A stretch of 58,564 nucleotides of DNA, filler included, from an uncultured Acidimicrobiales bacterium (GCA_943788915.1; 3 parts of 3 records of this genome joined end to end with filler, not necessarily neighbours in it), one strand, 5' to 3'. Shown: positions 19,726 through 29,343, counted from the first letter of the whole stretch. Program-made: numbers and translations. The notes: a model not told the origin generated them from the sequence alone.

Positions 19726-20832
19726 TCAGACCAGCAGTGCCTGGGCGGAGTCGATGAGCAAAGGAAGCCGCTCGGCGACCGTCTCATGGCGCTCGTTCGA
19801 TGAGTTACCCATCTTCCACCGGTGGTGGAGTTGTTGCACCACGACGCCGGTTTTCCACTGGGCGAACGCGTCGTACCAGCCTGCTTTGGAGACATCGAAG
19901 CCGGTGCGCGCTCCATATCGTTCAGTGATCTCGGCTCGGGTGGGCAGGCCCATCGCGGCCATGCCGTCGTGGCTTGATCGTAAGGCTTCACCGTCTGCAG
20001 GATCGGGCCAGTAATTGAGCAACGTGCCGAGATCGGCAAGCGGATCGCCGAGTGTGGTCATGTCCCAGTCGAAGAAGGCGATCACGTGGTCGGGGTCGGT
20101 GGGGTCGAACATGCAGTTGTCGAGCTTGATGTCGTTGTGCACCAATGAGACACGCTGCGGAGCCGGCAAGGTCGATTCGAGACGCGCGTGCAGCGCTGCC
20201 ATGGCCTGGTCATAGGCAGGGTCGGCGACAAGATCCCAGCGCTTCTTCCAACCGGCGACCTGGCGGGCCATAAAACCGTCGGGACGGCCGAGGTCTCCCA
20301 GCCCAGCAGCCACGGGATCCAAGAGGTGGAACTCGGCCATGGCATCAACGAGAGCCATGCCCATGCGATGCCCGACCCGATCATGGTGACGCATCGTTGG
20401 TGGGATCACACCTCGAATGACTTCGCCATGGCGGCGCTCCATCACAAAGAAATCGGCGCCGGCCACATCGTGGTCGTCGCACAACACGTACGCCCGAGGC
20501 GCCTTGTCGAAGCTTCGCCACAGCTGCGACAGCACTTTGTATTCGCGCCGCATGTCGTGGGCCCCAGGCGCAATCGTGCCGAAGGGAGGTCGACGCAGGA
20601 CCAGTTCGTGTTCACCGAACGCAATGAGATACGTCAGGTTCGCCGACCCGTTCGGGAATTGGCGCACGTGAAACTCACCGGTGTTGGTGAGTTCTGGCGG
20701 GAGCTCGACCCGCAATAATGCCTCGATCGCGCCCCAGTCCAGGTCCTCGCCTGACCGGACGACATCGGTCTCGGGTTCGGGTATGTCGTGAAAGGGATCG
20801 ACCGGTGTGTCTTCACTAGGAGGAGCAGTCAT
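19726..20832 (-). CDS. Phosphotransferase family protein (APH/ACAD10-11-like kinase domain)
   Basis: GSANLTY, VLRRPP, AHDMRRE, LVHNDIKLDN and DWDMTTLGDPLADLG motifs. Confidence 0.88.
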   Translation of the reverse strand: MTAPPSEDTPVDPFHDIPEPETDVVRSGEDLDWGAIEALLRVELPPELTNTGEFHVRQFPNGSANLTYLIAFGEHELVLRRPPFGTIAPGAHDMRREYKVLSQLWRSFDKAPRAYVLCDDHDVAGADFFVMERRHGEVIRGVIPPTMRHHDRVGHRMGMALVDAMAEFHLLDPVAAGLGDLGRPDGFMARQVAGWKKRWDLVADPAYDQAMAALHARLESTLPAPQRVSLVHNDIKLDNCMFDPTDPDHVIAFFDWDMTTLGDPLADLGTLLNYWPDPADGEALRSSHDGMAAMGLPTRAEITERYGARTGFDVSKAGWYDAFAQWKTGVVVQQLHHRWKMGNSSNERHETVAERLPLLIDSAQALLV

Positions 20833-20907
20833 GAGAGAATCATCGATGCCAGGTACCGCTAGATGCAAGCTGAGGTGCTGGCTGGGAGGACGAATAGGGT
20901 CACACCT

Positions 20908-21321
20908 ATGACCGACAACGACGCCAACGATTCACCAGAGGAATACGGGGACTTCCCGCTGAAGTCTTATCTGGGGATGGAGATGACTGGCGATGAACCT
21001 GGCGTCGGGATTGCCACGCTCGACATTGGGCCTGAACATCTGAACCCGAACGGTGTGGTGCACGGTGCAGTTCTGTTCGCGTTGGCCGACACCGCTATGG
21101 GTAAGTCAACAATGAGCGTTATCGAGGAACCCGGTGTGTATTGCGCGAGCATCGAGGTCTCGCTGCGGTTCATTCGACCGGCCGTGTCGGGCCGTATGAC
21201 GGCCACAGCAACGGTGGTAAAACGAGGCCGCAGCATCGTGCACCTCGAAGCACGTGTTGTGGGCGACGACGAACGGCTCCTCGCAACCTCGGCCGGCACC
21301 TTCGCCATCTTGGGCGGTTAG
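20908..21321 (+). CDS. PaaI family (hotdog-fold) thioesterase
   Basis: HLNPNGVVHGAVLFALADTAMG motif. TAGGGT lies 7 nt before the ATG. Confidence 0.9.
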   Translation: MTDNDANDSPEEYGDFPLKSYLGMEMTGDEPGVGIATLDIGPEHLNPNGVVHGAVLFALADTAMGKSTMSVIEEPGVYCASIEVSLRFIRPAVSGRMTATATVVKRGRSIVHLEARVVGDDERLLATSAGTFAILGG

Positions 21322-22994
21322 AGAACTCCCGGGGTCTCGGCAAGGCCAGCGCGCAACTTGTACTTCAGGATCTTGCCGCCGACAGTCTCGGGAAAGCTGT
21401 CCATGGCGATGACCTGCTTCGGCGTTTCGAAGCCTGCTAGTCGGTCGCGGCAGAACGCGATCACTGCCGATTCGTCGAACTCCTCATCGGCCGAAAGAAT
21501 CACGCAGGCGGTCACCATTTCTCCCCATGTGTCGTCAGCAACTCCAACGACGGCAGCACGGGCAATGGCTGGATGTTGTTGCAGTACTGATTCCACGCGG
21601 ATCGACGAAACGTTTTCACCGCCAGATTTCACCATGTCCTTGTACCGATCCACCATGATTCGGTGGTCGTTTTCGTCATAGGTGAAGGTGTCACCCGAGT
21701 GCATCCAGCCGCCCTTGAAGGCCTCTTTGGTTGCTTCGGGATCGCCGTAATATCCGGAGAACATGGCGGGCGACCGATACACCGCTTCTCCGTTGACACC
21801 GGGCTGGCCGCGCAAGTCATTGCCGTCAGCGTCCATCACGGTGGACCCCAGTAGGGGCGCTGGCACGCCGACATAGTTTTGCGCTGGCGCGGTTGCTTCG
21901 AACAACTCTCGGTGCCGATTCAGGAAGAAGCGATGAGGCGCCAAACATTCGGTCTGGCCGATGAGTTCCCAGCAGACAAGGTCAGGGCGGGTCAGCGCTT
22001 CGAACGCCTCGAATGATTGTGGGTCAAGTGGCGCCCAGGCGTAGAACATCGATGTCATGGCAGACAGGTCATAGGTGTCAGGGTTCTCGTGGCACTCGCG
22101 AATGAGGCCTTCGATGAACTGAGGTGATCCACCAAACAGGCAGGTCACGTCCTCGTCTGTGCACGCCTGTGCCATCTCTTTGCCGTCGGGTTTGCTTCCC
22201 ATGATCACGGTGCCGCCGGCCATCAGGGGGCCAAACACCATGAGATGGTCGCCGATGTGGAAGGTCATGGGGGTGAAGGTTGCATGCCTCAGATCTTGTT
22301 CGTGTTCCAACCCTCGGGTCATCGACATGATCTGGCTCATGGCACACATGTAGGTGTAGGTGTGCGAGATCATCACCGCTTTGGGCTTGGCAGTTGTGCC
22401 AGATGTGAACAGCACTTCCCAAATATCGTCGCCATGGATGGTGACGTCTGGTTCATCGGTGCTCTCATCAGCGATGAAGTCATCGAAGGAAGCCACGTCG
22501 CCGCCGTCGGGGCCACCAATCATCATGATCGGCGTCAGCCCGGTGGCGACCAAGTCATCGCCATGGGTTTCCCATTGCGCCGCGTCGGCGATCACGAACT
22601 CAGCGCCGACACGCTCTAGGCAGTCGATGATCACGTCGGGCGCCATCATGATATTGACCGGCGCCGCCACCAGGCCCGCTTTGGCGATTGCGACCTTGGA
22701 GAGCCATGCCTCGACCGAATTCTCAACCAGCATCGCGACGCGGGCTGCCGGGGGAAGACCTTTGGCCAAAAGCCCGTTGGCCACGCGGTTGATGAGACAG
22801 TTGGCTTGGGCATAAGTGACCCGGGCATGTGCGGGGTTCACGGTCGCTTCGGGAGTCGCTATCAAACACTCTTTGTCTGGTGTACTCCAGGTGATGCGCT
22901 CGATGACGTCGCCAACCGAGACCCGGTTCCAACGCTGATCGTTACGGCGGTTGCGAAAGCTTTCGACATCAATATCCATGGAGACACCCTTCAT
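21318..22994 (-). CDS. AMP-dependent acyl-CoA synthetase/ligase
   Basis: FTSGTTAKPK, GQTE, HSGD, DRYKDMVKSGGENV and GGKILK motifs. TGATG overlap with the upstream lactonase. Confidence 0.9.
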   Translation of the reverse strand: MKGVSMDIDVESFRNRRNDQRWNRVSVGDVIERITWSTPDKECLIATPEATVNPAHARVTYAQANCLINRVANGLLAKGLPPAARVAMLVENSVEAWLSKVAIAKAGLVAAPVNIMMAPDVIIDCLERVGAEFVIADAAQWETHGDDLVATGLTPIMMIGGPDGGDVASFDDFIADESTDEPDVTIHGDDIWEVLFTSGTTAKPKAVMISHTYTYMCAMSQIMSMTRGLEHEQDLRHATFTPMTFHIGDHLMVFGPLMAGGTVIMGSKPDGKEMAQACTDEDVTCLFGGSPQFIEGLIRECHENPDTYDLSAMTSMFYAWAPLDPQSFEAFEALTRPDLVCWELIGQTECLAPHRFFLNRHRELFEATAPAQNYVGVPAPLLGSTVMDADGNDLRGQPGVNGEAVYRSPAMFSGYYGDPEATKEAFKGGWMHSGDTFTYDENDHRIMVDRYKDMVKSGGENVSSIRVESVLQQHPAIARAAVVGVADDTWGEMVTACVILSADEEFDESAVIAFCRDRLAGFETPKQVIAMDSFPETVGGKILKYKLRAGLAETPGVL

Positions 22995-23809
22995 CAGGAG
23001 TTGGTTGGTGGGGGCAGTGGTCGGTCGAGTCGGACCGCGATGCCGTCTAGGCCGGGGCCAGCTATGTCAAAACGCTGGAGCACCAGAGGATCGTGGCCGG
23101 GCACCACCAGCTCGGGTCGATCTGCCAGTCGTTGCAGTGTGTCGAAGGCCTCGAGCATGGCGCCGATGTCGAACACGATGGGGAACGGCCGTTCGGCCTC
23201 GAAGTTCTCGTAGTAGTGGGTGGCGTCAGAGGCCAGGACCAGCCAGCCGATATCGGTCCGGACTCGGACCACTTGCAGACCGTCGGTGTGGCCACCAACA
23301 CGATGCACCGTCAGACCTGGCGCCAGCTCGTCGTCGCCGTCATGGAAAGCCACCCGGTCGTTGTGCACGAACATGACCATGTCAGCGACGTGTGACGGGG
23401 TGAACGCGTGGTTGAGGGCACGGTGGGTCATATGGCGCCCGGTGGCAAATGCCATTTCGCGATCCTGTAAATGGAAACGGGCCTGGGGGAATTCGTGGTG
23501 GCCGCCAACATGGTCGTAGTGCAGGTGGGTGATGATCACGTCGGTAACGGTTGCAGCGTCTACATCAATGGTTGCCAGTGCTTCGGTCACGGTGCGCACG
23601 AGTCGTCGGTTGCGAGCCGTGGCATCGAGTTCCCCGAATCCAGTGTCGACGACCCATGTCTTGTCTGGCCCGACGACGGCCCACACGAAGTAGTCCATCG
23701 GCATGGGCGTGTCGTGAGGGTCGCCGCCGATGAAGTGTTCACCTCGTGAAGCGTCGCGTTCGGCGTATTTAACGGCGTACACCTGATAGGTGGTTGACTC
23801 GTCAGTCAT
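22994..23809 (-). CDS. Metallo-beta-lactamase-fold lactonase (N-acyl homoserine lactonase/AttM-like family)
   Basis: VDTG, THLHYDH (HxHxDH), GGHTDG, ASDATH and PGHD motifs. Confidence 0.88.
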   Translation of the reverse strand: MTDESTTYQVYAVKYAERDASRGEHFIGGDPHDTPMPMDYFVWAVVGPDKTWVVDTGFGELDATARNRRLVRTVTEALATIDVDAATVTDVIITHLHYDHVGGHHEFPQARFHLQDREMAFATGRHMTHRALNHAFTPSHVADMVMFVHNDRVAFHDGDDELAPGLTVHRVGGHTDGLQVVRVRTDIGWLVLASDATHYYENFEAERPFPIVFDIGAMLEAFDTLQRLADRPELVVPGHDPLVLQRFDIAGPGLDGIAVRLDRPLPPPTNS

Positions 23810-23834
23810 GTGTGATTCTCGGTAGGTTCGTTGA

Positions 23835-24821
23835 CTATCGGGCGAGCCCTGCGGCGGCAGCGAAGGTTTTGAGTTCTCGTTCGATGTCTCCCATGGGTTG
23901 GAACGCGACTTCGGTTACGCCCTGATCGGCAAGCCGGTCGAGCCGGCCGGGAAGCTCGACGCCGTGGCAGGTGAGCGGCGTGATGGCCATAGCGTCGCCA
24001 GTGATGACTTGTTTGTCGATGTCGTTCAGTTCGGTCAGGTGGCCGGCGTGGAGATCGAGATGGCGGCCATGCTCGGGTAGTTGGTTCGCCAGCTCAAGGA
24101 ACCGCTCGGCGTTGGGAAAGCCGTCGAGCCGGGGGTCATCTTGTTCGAGGAAGGCGTGATAGGCGACCGCGACGCCGGGGCCAGCAGTGGCGATCACCCG
24201 GGGGCTGTTTACGGTTTCGGCATCGTCCATGATCGTGCCGAAACCGAGCAACATCACGTCGTCGATCTGGCTGTAGTCAGCATCGGGCCGCGGCCGAGAC
24301 GTGAACACGCCGCAGCCAGCATCGGCGGCAGCCTGCAATCCTCGGGGGCCGTTCACGCCCATGATCCAAGGGATATCGATCGGGCGCTCTACGGCTTGGC
24401 CCGGCCAGTGCAACATGCGGGCGGGTTGACCGTCGACCTCGACGGTCTCGCCCCGCAGGAGCGCCCGGATGTCGTCGACCATGCCGGGGAAGTGTTTCCA
24501 GCTCAGCGGCTTCTGTCCCATGGCCCGGCGGCCAGTGAAACCAGTGCCAGCACCGATGATCACTCGGTCCTGGCCGACCAAGCCAACAAGTGTGGCGATG
24601 GCCGCAGCGGTGGCCATCGGGTGACGCAGTGACGGAATGAGCACGCCTGGTCCCAAACGGATGCGTTCGGTACGGACTGCGGCGAGCGCGAGCGTCATCC
24701 AACAATCGAGCTGCAACGCTGGCGTGTCGTAGACCCATGCGGTCTCATAACCGAGCTCCTCGGCCAGCACAATGTGGTCGGGAGTTTCAGGAACCGGCGG
24801 GAACGCGCAACTGATCTTCAT
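23835..24821 (-). CDS. LLM class flavin (FMN/F420)-dependent oxidoreductase, Mer-like
   Basis: AEELGYETAWVYD, TERIRLGPGV, LRHP and GTGF motifs. Confidence 0.88.
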   Translation of the reverse strand: MKISCAFPPVPETPDHIVLAEELGYETAWVYDTPALQLDCWMTLALAAVRTERIRLGPGVLIPSLRHPMATAAAIATLVGLVGQDRVIIGAGTGFTGRRAMGQKPLSWKHFPGMVDDIRALLRGETVEVDGQPARMLHWPGQAVERPIDIPWIMGVNGPRGLQAAADAGCGVFTSRPRPDADYSQIDDVMLLGFGTIMDDAETVNSPRVIATAGPGVAVAYHAFLEQDDPRLDGFPNAERFLELANQLPEHGRHLDLHAGHLTELNDIDKQVITGDAMAITPLTCHGVELPGRLDRLADQGVTEVAFQPMGDIERELKTFAAAAGLAR

Positions 24822-24864
24822 TCTGCCAGCCTGTCACGCCTGCCCCCGTAGGGGTAAAGGCGAC

Positions 24865-24921
24865 AACGCAAATTAGGAGCCTGGCGTGCCAATTTCGTAC
24901 ACAGCGCTCCAAATTTGCGTT
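24865..24921 (-). repeat. 57-bp REP/MITE-like inverted-repeat element, copy 1
   Basis: AACGCAAATTAGGAGC-25nt-GCTCCAAATTTGCGTT (1 mismatch). Same termini and spacer length as the copy at 28335. Confidence 0.85.
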
Positions 24922-24929
24922 CATGTTGG

Positions 24930-26489
24930 TCAGGCGTCGTCGGTGCCACCGATGGCGCTGGATGTGCGTAGTGTGACTTCGCGCACGAGCAGTGCGAGAA
25001 CTCCAACCAGCGCCATGACCGGTGCTGCCCACCAGATGATCGCGACCACGGAATCACTAACAGCTTCGACGATTGGTTGGCGCAGCGCCTCGTCGAGGTC
25101 CTTGACCACCGCTGGGCTGCGAATGAGACCTTCGGCGCCGCCGACTTCATCGAGCCGCTCCGCACCGAGACGGTCAGCAAGTTCGGTGTCGAGCCTGCCA
25201 GCCAGAATCGCGCCGCCGACGGCTGCCCCGAAGGCGCCACCCATGCTGCGGAAAAAGTTGGACGTCGACGTGGCAATACCAAGATCAGCAAACGCTGCAG
25301 CGTTCTGTACCGACAACGTCAGGTTGGGGAAGATAAGCCCGAGACCGGCGCCGAGAAGGAACAACACAGGCGCGAGCGACAACGCTCCGGTGTCAGGGCC
25401 GATGGTCGTCAACCACAACAAGGCCACGGTCGCCATGAGAGGCCCGAGCAGCATGGCCCACTTGTAACGGCCGGTCCGTGACACCAACCAGCCGCTGCCG
25501 GTAGCAACCAGGCTGATACCGACACTCTCGGGGATCAGCATGAGTCCGCTGCGGGTTGCGGAAGCGCCGGTAGCGATCTGCAGGAACAATGGCAAGAAGG
25601 TGAGCACGGCAACCAGCGACCCCATGAGCAGGAAACCCATGGCGTACACGGCGGCTCCGGTGCGGTCGAGGAACAGGCGCATGGGGATGATCGGTTCGGC
25701 GGCCCGGTTCTCCTGCACAATGAACGCAACGGTTGCGGCTATGGCGATCACGCCAGCGGTTGCGATCTGCCAGGAACCCCAGGCGTAGGTATCGCCGCCC
25801 CAGATCGGCACCAGAATGAGTGCCGTCGCTCCGACGACGAGCAGCGCCATGCCCATCCAATCGATGTGTCGTTCGCGTGTTGCGAACGGCAAGCGAAGAC
25901 CTCGGTGGATCACCACGAGCGTGAGCGCGGACAACGGCACGACACTCCAGAACACCCAGCGCCAGCCGGGACCGTCGACAAGCAAGCCGCCCCAGAGCGG
26001 TCCCGTGATTGCAGAAACGGTGAACACCGCAGTGAAGAGACCGATGTAACGGCCTCGTTGGCGAGGGGACACGACGTCGCCCACGATCACGAATGCAAGC
26101 GACATCAGCCCGCCTCCGCCGAGCCCTTGGAATGCACGGGCGGCAACGAGTTGGTTCATGGTCTGGGAGAGCGCGCAAAAGATGGAGCCGACCAAGAACA
26201 GCGAGATCGACGTCTGATAGACGATTCGTCGTCCGAACAGATCGGACATCTTGCCGTACAACGGAGTCGCGACCGTGGACGTGAGCAGGTACACCGAGAC
26301 CACCCAGGCAATGCGGTTAGCCGCTCCGAAGTCACCAGCGATGGTGGGCAAGGCTGTGGAAACCACGCTCTGCTCGGTCGACGATAGGAACAGGCCCATC
26401 AGCAGGCCGCCCATGAGCCATCGCATCTGACTCGTCGACAATCCGTCAGACGGGCCAACCGGCTCATCGAGCTTGGTCGTTGCTGTCAT
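24930..26489 (-). CDS. MDR-type MFS transporter (DHA2, EmrB/QacA-like)
   Basis: About 14 TM segments; TALPTI, YGKMSDLFGRR, RAFQGLGGGG, GPLWGG...WRWVF and RAAEPIIP motifs. Confidence 0.9.
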   Translation of the reverse strand: MTATTKLDEPVGPSDGLSTSQMRWLMGGLLMGLFLSSTEQSVVSTALPTIAGDFGAANRIAWVVSVYLLTSTVATPLYGKMSDLFGRRIVYQTSISLFLVGSIFCALSQTMNQLVAARAFQGLGGGGLMSLAFVIVGDVVSPRQRGRYIGLFTAVFTVSAITGPLWGGLLVDGPGWRWVFWSVVPLSALTLVVIHRGLRLPFATRERHIDWMGMALLVVGATALILVPIWGGDTYAWGSWQIATAGVIAIAATVAFIVQENRAAEPIIPMRLFLDRTGAAVYAMGFLLMGSLVAVLTFLPLFLQIATGASATRSGLMLIPESVGISLVATGSGWLVSRTGRYKWAMLLGPLMATVALLWLTTIGPDTGALSLAPVLFLLGAGLGLIFPNLTLSVQNAAAFADLGIATSTSNFFRSMGGAFGAAVGGAILAGRLDTELADRLGAERLDEVGGAEGLIRSPAVVKDLDEALRQPIVEAVSDSVVAIIWWAAPVMALVGVLALLVREVTLRTSSAIGGTDDA

Positions 26490-26597
26490 CTTTGACCCTG
26501 GTTCCCCACAGCTTCATCGTGCCACCACTGGCACATGGTGAGTTAGCGCTGGGAGTGGGTGCGGATCGCAATAGGTGCTGTCTCCGGGCCCCGCACT

Positions 26598-26615
26598 AAG
26601 TTCAGTAGTGAACTT
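26598..26615. promoter_or_regulatory. Operator-like palindrome AAGTTCA-GTAG-TGAACTT
   Basis: Perfect 7-4-7 inverted repeat 11 nt upstream of ATG 26627, in a divergent promoter region. Confidence 0.45.
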
Positions 26616-26626
26616 GGGGGTTGGGT

Positions 26627-28336
26627 ATGCATGATCTGGTAATTACGAATGGCATGGTGGTCGATGGGACCGGCGCAAGCGCTCGACGCGCCGACGTTGC
26701 CGTAAACGATGGCGTGATCACCGAAGTCGGTGATCTCAACGGCCAGCAGGCCCAGCGAACGATCGACGCCGACGGCCACATCGTTAGCCCTGGTTTTGTC
26801 GATGTCCATACCCATATGGATGCTCAAATTGCATGGGATCCCTTGGGCGAGTGTTCGTGTTTTCACGGCGTAACAACAGCGGTCATGGGCAACTGCGGCT
26901 TCACCCTGGCCCCGGTGAACTCCGATGAACGCGAGCTCGTCGTTCGTAATCTCGAACGGGCCGAAGATATCTCCGCCGATGCCATGGCAGCCGGTATTGA
27001 TTGGTCATGGGAGACGTTCCCCGAGTATCTCGATTTCGTCGATGCCACGCCCAAGGGCATCAACTACGCCGGTTACGTCGGCCATTCAGCGCTGCGCACC
27101 TGGGCGATGGGTGAGCGAGCGTTTGAAGAAGCAGCGAACGACGATGACATAGCGAAGATGGCTGCCCAGGTTCAGGCGTCGATGCGGGCTGGAGCGATCG
27201 GCTTCACTACATCGGTCTCGGGGAATCACGAGACGTCCGACGACCGGCCGGTGGCCAGTCGATTCGCGAGTCGTTCCGAGATCAATGCACTTGTTGGAGC
27301 GATGGCTGAGCTCGGCCCTGGCGGCATCTTCGAGTTGGCACAACACCCGAACATGCGGTCGAGCGATCCAGAGAAACGCGAGGACTACGCCCGGTGGTTG
27401 ATCGATCTTGCCGTGTCGACCGGGGTGCCGCTCACGTATGGCATGTTGGCGTTTGGTACCGAAGAGCACAAGTGGAAGCCGGTCGTTGAGCTGCTCGACC
27501 GCATCACCGCCGAGGGTGGCACTGCGTGGGGGCAAGCGCACTCACGACACTTCGGTGCGATCCTGTCGTTCCAGACGCAGTTGCCGTTCGACGCACTTCC
27601 GGTATGGAAAGAGTTCCGGGCTCAGTCACTCGACGAACAACGTCGGGCACTAGCTGACCCGACCATGCGGCAGCGACTGATCCATTCTGCTGACACCGCC
27701 GAGTATGGCCGGGCGATCGGCACCGAGGCCCGCAAACCTGAATGGCAGTATGTCTTCCCGGTCACGGCTGGTTTGCCGCCGTACGAGACGATCGCCGAGC
27801 TCGCAGCTGCTCGGGGAACATCACCGATGGAGACGTTCATCGATATCGCGGTCGAGTCAGACCTAAACATGTTCTTCATGCAGGCAGCCGCGAATCATGA
27901 TCAAGATCGAGTGCTGGAGTTTCTGCGGCATCCGCAGGCAATTCCGACCTTTAGTGATAGTGGCGCTCATGTCAGCCAGATCATGGACTCGTCGTTGCAG
28001 ACGCACATGCTCGGTCATTGGGTGCGCAACGAACAAGCGTTCACGATCGAACAAGCGGTGCATCGAATGACCCAGGTGCCAGCCACGGCATGGGGTTTCC
28101 TTGACCGAGGTGTCATCGCTCCCGGCATGGCGGCCGATATCAACGTCTTCGATCTGGGAACGGTCACGCCGGATATGCCTGAACTTGTCTACGACCTTCC
28201 CGGTGGCGCTCGTCGGCTCCGCCAGACCGCATCGGGATTTAGGGCCACTCTGGTCAACGGTCAGGTATTGCTGGATCATGGTGAAGCAACCGGTGCTCGA
28301 CCCGGTCAGCTGTTGCGCGGTCGTCTCGCTAACTGA
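26627..28336 (+). CDS. N-acyl-D-amino-acid deacylase-like amidohydrolase
   Basis: DLVITNGMVVDGTG, PGFVDVHTHMD, GVTT...GNCG, SDSGAH, DRGVI...ADINVFD and DLPGGARRL motifs. Confidence 0.9.
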   Translation: MHDLVITNGMVVDGTGASARRADVAVNDGVITEVGDLNGQQAQRTIDADGHIVSPGFVDVHTHMDAQIAWDPLGECSCFHGVTTAVMGNCGFTLAPVNSDERELVVRNLERAEDISADAMAAGIDWSWETFPEYLDFVDATPKGINYAGYVGHSALRTWAMGERAFEEAANDDDIAKMAAQVQASMRAGAIGFTTSVSGNHETSDDRPVASRFASRSEINALVGAMAELGPGGIFELAQHPNMRSSDPEKREDYARWLIDLAVSTGVPLTYGMLAFGTEEHKWKPVVELLDRITAEGGTAWGQAHSRHFGAILSFQTQLPFDALPVWKEFRAQSLDEQRRALADPTMRQRLIHSADTAEYGRAIGTEARKPEWQYVFPVTAGLPPYETIAELAAARGTSPMETFIDIAVESDLNMFFMQAAANHDQDRVLEFLRHPQAIPTFSDSGAHVSQIMDSSLQTHMLGHWVRNEQAFTIEQAVHRMTQVPATAWGFLDRGVIAPGMAADINVFDLGTVTPDMPELVYDLPGGARRLRQTASGFRATLVNGQVLLDHGEATGARPGQLLRGRLAN

Positions 28337-28391
28337 CGCAAATTAGGAGCCACATGTACGAAATACGTACATCACGCTCCTAATTTGCTTC
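28335..28391 (+). repeat. 57-bp REP/MITE-like inverted-repeat element, copy 2
   Basis: GACGCAAATTAGGAGC-25nt-GCTCCTAATTTGCTTC with internal ATGTACG-aaata-CGTACAT stem. Lies between convergent genes. Confidence 0.85.
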
Positions 28392-28419
28392 GGCGTCAAC
28401 CGCGGTCCGGATGCGCCCT

Positions 28420-29343
28420 TCAGGCGTGGGTGGGGTCGGGCTTCCAGCCAGGCCGTTTCCATACATGGCCGACCTTGTTGCGCCAACCCTTCGCGCTGCT
28501 GACGTCGTGAACCATGGCGCCGAACTCGCCATACCCAATAGTCAGGGGCGCGAACGTCTTGATGTTCTTCGTCAGGCCGTATTTGACCCGACGAACCTCG
28601 GGCTCGAAGGTGCCGAACAGCCGATCCCACAGAATGAGGATGCCGCCATAGTTCTTGTCGAGATACTGGGGGTTGGCGCCGTGGTGCACTCGGTGATGCG
28701 ACGGCGTATTGAGTGTCGCCTCGGCGACTGGGGCCATGCGGTCAATCGCTTCGGTGTGGATCCAGTATTGATAGAGCAGGTTGAGTTGTGAAGCCTTGGC
28801 GGTCTGCGCAGGGGTGAAGCCGACCAGCGGCATCGGCCAATACACCCATGACAGCATGATTCCGGCCCATGGCTGACGCAGTGCTGTCGACAGGTTGTAG
28901 TGCTCGCTCGAGTGATGGGCGACATGGTTGGCCCAGAAGAGTCGCCTCTCATGTTGCCACCGATGGCTCCAGTAATAGAGAAAGTCCCACACCACCATCG
29001 AGGCCACAAACGCACCCTTGGCCTGGCCGACATTCGCAATCCGCCTGCCGAAGATAGCACGACTGGCCCGGCCGACGAGACCAGCCCATGCCAGGTTGAG
29101 TGCAATGTTGCCTGCCAACATGGTCAGGCTTGCCTTCGTATCCCGGGGCTCGTAACCAACCGGGATCAGTGGATCAGGGGGAGGAGAGGTGTCCGATAGT
29201 TGTTCTGGTGTCCAATGGTCGAGATCGCCCAACTCTCGTAGCTCGGATCGCTCACGCAACACCTTGGCCTCGGCCATCATCGTCGCGACAAAGAAGGGAA
29301 GTGTGACCATGTCGGTCTTGTCGATCGGTAACGAGCGTTTCAC
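28420..29343 (-). CDS. Fatty acid hydroxylase/sterol desaturase family (alkylglycerol monooxygenase-like)
   Basis: His boxes YYWSHRWQH, HVAHHSS, YQYWIHTE and TPSHHRVHH, plus DKNYGG..I.WDRLFGTF. Start uncertain (GTG 29343). Confidence 0.88.
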   Translation of the reverse strand: MKRSLPIDKTDMVTLPFFVATMMAEAKVLRERSELRELGDLDHWTPEQLSDTSPPPDPLIPVGYEPRDTKASLTMLAGNIALNLAWAGLVGRASRAIFGRRIANVGQAKGAFVASMVVWDFLYYWSHRWQHERRLFWANHVAHHSSEHYNLSTALRQPWAGIMLSWVYWPMPLVGFTPAQTAKASQLNLLYQYWIHTEAIDRMAPVAEATLNTPSHHRVHHGANPQYLDKNYGGILILWDRLFGTFEPEVRRVKYGLTKNIKTFAPLTIGYGEFGAMVHDVSSAKGWRNKVGHVWKRPGWKPDPTHA

